From Bugula neritina (Eukaryota > Animalia > Bryozoa): a stretch of 12,564 nt of DNA. The notes beneath the pieces are model-generated. The model was not told the DNA's origin, searched no databases, and saw only the letters and a program-made list of their open reading frames with translations. Location of the stretch: the NCBI GenBank assembly GCA_964035545.1, contig CAXIUT010000215.1, positions 1-12,564 of the forward strand, given 5' to 3'. Positions 9,260 through 12,564 of the stretch are shown here, piece by piece. Within the stretch, counting starts at the first letter, position 1, and every line of letters starts with the position of its first letter. The position numbers and the translations under genes were made by a program.

Positions 9260-10260
9260 TCAATGCATCTTATTTTTTGTAAATTTAGTTCCAATTACAT
9301 AATCCCATATAGGACTGCTCACTCCGAATCCAGCTTCTTAGCCTCCGAAGTGATGTTGGTTGTGGTATTGTTGAAATTTATGGAAAAATCCATTTTTATT
9401 TTTTGATGTATCGATATGATGGAGAAAGTAGTGAGTGAAATCATATGAGATATATCCAAAGAAGAAAGCGATGAAAAAGAGGGCAAAATAAGCTGGATCT
9501 TTGATGGGAACTATTTGAATGATAATAGGAGATAAGACGAGGACAACTCCCATGGAGAAAGCAGGTGGGAATAATAAACGATCGCTGGGTTAATGGATAA
9601 TTACGGATCGTTTGGTATCATGTGATGGATTCCATGAAAGAGGTAGTGGAAGTAACGGGCTACTCGATTGTTTGGTAACTTTTTTTAGGAATGGAAGATG
9701 AAGCGGTGTAGAAGATATTCTAAGAGTGTCCAGAATAAATATCCTAAGATAGTGGTTAGTATGGCTAGTAAAGGGTTGACATGAGTCCAGGAATCGACTC
9801 TATAGTATAAGATAGCCATAAGGATGCAAGGAAAGGGTACGATATGGTACAATTTGACAGAAGTAAATGCTTCAAAGAAGTTCGAATCGAACATGCGAGG
9901 GGAAGCAGTGAAGAGCCAGTGTGGGGAATTAATAACTGTGAGGTAATCTTAGTGGTTAAGGTTCCAGATTTGGGGTAGGAGAGGTTGGTTAGGAGAGATT
10001 ATTCTACTGATTTAGTTTTTATAGGATCCGATAGTCATGGAATTGGCCATATTTAGGGAAAGAGGTTGGTGGAATTTCATTTATTCGTCAATAGTTTAGA
10101 GATTTTTGTGTTTGAGTAAAACTCCTCCTCCAGGGTGATGTGATTGGAAAGAGGTGACATCAAGAATGTTATCATCGAAGATAACAAGAGTCTTTTATTT
10201 TTATTTGGAGTAGTCTACAACTTCTTGGTAGTTTTTGAATTTGATGTTGAGTTCGGTCAT
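9260..10260 (-). CDS. FA2H: Cytochrome b5-fused fatty acid/sphingolipid alpha-hydroxylase (FA2H/Scs7 family), copy B, 326 aa, one intron (9585-9604)
   Basis: Colinear tandem paralog of copy A, offset 1149 bp, with the same length, intron position, HPGG motif and four His boxes. Confidence 0.93.
9585..9604 (-). other. 20-nt spliceosomal intron
   Basis: GTAATTATCCATTAACCCAG, at the same position as in the paralog. Confidence 0.92.
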
Positions 10261-10482
10261 TCAACTTTTATGGGATTATTATCTTAAAAATATGACATCA
10301 GGTTAAATTATCGATCTTAGGAAGTTAAAAATGATTTACTTTAAGTTGAAGTAATGAGAATAAATATTTCAGAAGTTGATTATTTTATCATAAAATAATC
10401 TAATAAAAATCGATGGTTATTTATACTTTATATGATTGAATGGTAGATCTTGTTTTGAATTGAACCTATTGTTATAATTTTA
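10261..10482. promoter_or_regulatory. Putative bidirectional promoter spacer (222 bp)
   Basis: AT-rich gap between divergent FA2H-B and the C2H2 gene, with ATCGAT at 10310 and 10409. Confidence 0.5.
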
Positions 10483-11183
10483 ATGAGTGAGGAGGATAGT
10501 GGAATTAACCCTGAACCTGCTATTAGAACTAAAGAGTAAGCTTAGAGAAAATTTGGTTGTCCTTGTGGCAAGTGGTATCTCTCCTATCCAGCTCTCTTTA
10601 CACACGTCAAGCAAAAGCACGAAGGAAAAGTACTTTATCCTAACTTAGCCTCCTGGAGCCCTAATCAAACCGAAAACTGACAAAGCTAGAGGTAGACCTA
10701 GACTGCCAATCAATGTATATACTATTTTATACTAAGAACGCTTAGTAAGATGTTTCGATAGCTCATTACGATTGCGTTTAGTAGTTGTAGAAGGCGATTA
10801 TGAGTAAATAGGTGGAATATGAGGGATAATTTGAGTATAGTGAGGGAAATGAGAGTTGTCAGGACATGGCAAGTCAATTTTTGAGGATAATGGGTGGGAC
10901 GGCAGAGTAGAAGAAAATTTTATCATGTTTTATGAACTATATCAGATTCTTTGTGAAAAAGAAATATGAGGATTCTTATTGGGAGACACATAAACCTGTG
11001 GACATCATTGATATATCGAACTAGATAGTCAGGGAATTGGAACATCATCGAGAACTATTTCCGATGGATAAGGAGTTGTTGATTGATTTGTTGTATGTGT
11101 TGTTCAGATGGATGTATAAGAACAAGTGGACTGATCATAAGTTGGTTCGAAGGAGTTCTGAGGGTGAGGGTAGCAAGGGGTGA
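10483..11183 (+). CDS. C2H2-type zinc finger plus AT-hook protein, 219 aa, introns 10630-10648 and 10715-10736
   Basis: CPCGKWYLSYPALFTHVKQKH resembles the ciliate CGCGKxYLSYPALYTHxKxKH family. AT-hook RGRPR. Exons of 147+66+447 nt give 220 codons ending in TGA. Confidence 0.85.
10630..10648 (+). other. 19-nt spliceosomal intron
   Basis: GTACTTTATCCTAACTTAG; removal joins the zinc finger to the AT-hook in frame. Confidence 0.8.
10715..10736 (+). other. 22-nt spliceosomal intron
   Basis: GTATATACTATTTTATACTAAG; removal restores the frame into the 149-codon last exon. Confidence 0.75.
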
Positions 11184-11270
11184 TATTTCATAGTTGGTCT
11201 TTTTGAATCATTCATATTGATAGTTGATTTATTTTAATCAATATTATGTTGTATTATTTGAATAATAACA

Positions 11271-11899
11271 ATGTAGTTGGATCGACAGGAAGGCGACAAG
11301 GGGAAATAGAAATTTATCAAACTGATGTTGAATTTGACTCAGTACAATATACTAGATACAGGTTGATAATAGAGGACTCATCGCATCAGCGAACAATTTA
11401 TGAATGTTTGAATTCTCAATAGATAAAAAGTTTATTTGAGAGCATTCATGATGAAGATTCTTAGATACGGATGACGGCTATTCGATTTGTTTGTCTTTTG
11501 TTGGCAAATAATGCTAAAATAATTGAGTTGATGGGTGTGCTGGAGGGAAGTGAACATGCTTCTGGATTAAGAAAAGTATGATCATGGTTATGTAAGTATG
11601 TGGTGGGAGGTCTGGATTACTATAAATTATCTTTTGGCGATCTCAAGCGTAACTTTTCTATAAAATAGACAGAAGTAGTATTGGCAATGAGTTCACTCAA
11701 ATATCAACAGGGAAGTCTCGCTTGGGCTATCAATCTCAAAAACTTTAAAATCAGTTATTATGGAACAAACAAAGGATAACTGAGTGAATCATTTCAGTAT
11801 GATCCTAATAGTAATTTGGTGGGTATATTCGTCAAAGGAGGTGAGGTGTAGGAGGCAGATCGCAAGGATGGGAGACGATACAAGATAAGCAAGAAGTGA
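11271..11899 (+). CDS. Hypothetical protein with an ARM/HEAT-like helical segment, 195 aa, introns 11342-11361 and 11576-11596
   Basis: Exons of 71+214+303 nt give 196 codons. Both GTA...AG mini-introns are needed to avoid TGA. SLFESIHDEDSEIRMTAIRFVCLLL is HEAT-like. Confidence 0.68.
11342..11361 (+). other. 20-nt spliceosomal intron
   Basis: GTACAATATACTAGATACAG; the unspliced frame hits TGA immediately afterwards. Confidence 0.7.
11576..11596 (+). other. 21-nt (3n) spliceosomal intron with in-frame TGA
   Basis: GTATGATCATGGTTATGTAAG. Confidence 0.68.
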
Positions 11900-11963
11900 A
11901 AATTGATCGTTATTGATAGATCGTTATGGATCATAGATAGTAAATAATAGATTGTATTTGAAT

Positions 11964-12377
11964 ATGAGTAAAATGGTGGGTAAGAAGGGAACTTTCTTTG
12001 ATAAATGTTAGTAAATAAGAAAAACCAATCGCAGACATGTGTCTTCCATTTATACTTAATTTACTCATCTTCGTTTCTCTTAAATTTACAAACAGTATGA
12101 AGGCAATATGGCTCGGAGCAAGTAAATGAATTAAGTTATTGAGAAGGAAAGAGCGCAGTTGGTATCTTTTGGGTGTATGGCGAATTATGAGTAGCTATAG
12201 CGGTGTCATAAGACGGAGGAGAGGAAGGAGAGGTTTAGAAATTTGATGGGTTTTGCTCAAGATTTAGCAGAGGAAAAGGCAATAAAGAAGGTATCGATAT
12301 TGAATACGATTGGAGATGTTCAGAGGATGAAAGTTTTTCATAAAAAATTACTTGATTCAGTTGCTACAGTCGAATGA
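11964..12377 (+). CDS. Hypothetical charged helical protein, 137 aa
   Basis: 138-codon frame from ATG to TGA, flanked by AT-rich spacers; no recognisable domain. Confidence 0.65.
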
Positions 12378-12453
12378 TAACTATTGTGATATGTATATCA
12401 GCTGAATTAAAAAACTATTTAACTCTTGCTAATTTCAGTTAAATCTTCAAATA

Positions 12454-12564
12454 GGGGTTGGGGTTGGGGTTGGGGTTGGGGTTGGGGTTGGGGTTGGGGT
12501 TGGGGTTGGGGTTGGGGTTGGGGTTGGGGTTGGGGTTGGGGTTGGGGTTGGGGTTGGGGTTGGG
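12454..12564 (+). repeat. Right telomere, (GGGGTT)n
   Basis: Perfect G4T2 array to the end of the sequence, terminating TTGGG. Confidence 0.98.

Noticed and set aside
10059-10073. 13/15 match to the Tetrahymena chromosome breakage sequence (AAAGAGGTTGGTTTA)
   Set aside because: It lies within FA2H codons (FHQPLS), is far from any telomere, and is less similar in the paralog.
6714-11183. Functional cluster of zinc-binding regulators (CRC, RanBP2, C2H2)
   Set aside because: These families are abundant in ciliates and are interleaved with lipid enzymes; adjacency alone shows no shared function.
341-12377. Pseudogenes riddled with stop codons
   Set aside because: All interruptions are TAA/TAG, they occupy conserved Glu positions, and frames stay intact to a TGA once mini-introns are removed.

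Overview
This is ciliate macronuclear DNA with (C4A2)/(G4T2) telomeres at both ends and a third, internal G4T2 tract at 6615-6689. The supplied ORF track uses the wrong genetic code. TAA and TAG are sense codons and TGA is the only stop. Internal evidence indicates TAR = Glu (peritrich-type code, NCBI table 30) rather than Gln. Read this way, the window is almost fully tiled by 10 intact genes. Segment 1 (1-6689) is telomere-to-telomere and carries a Cys-rich multi-pass surface protein, a coiled-coil/SPRY protein and an intact IS630/Tc1-family transposase derivative that appears catalytically degenerate. Segment 2 (6690-12564) carries a tesmin/TSO1 CRC protein, a RanBP2-type zinc finger protein, two tandem cytochrome-b5-fused fatty acid 2-hydroxylases, a C2H2/AT-hook protein and two hypothetical proteins, with seven 19-22 nt GT-AG introns. 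All translations were done by hand and no database searches were run.
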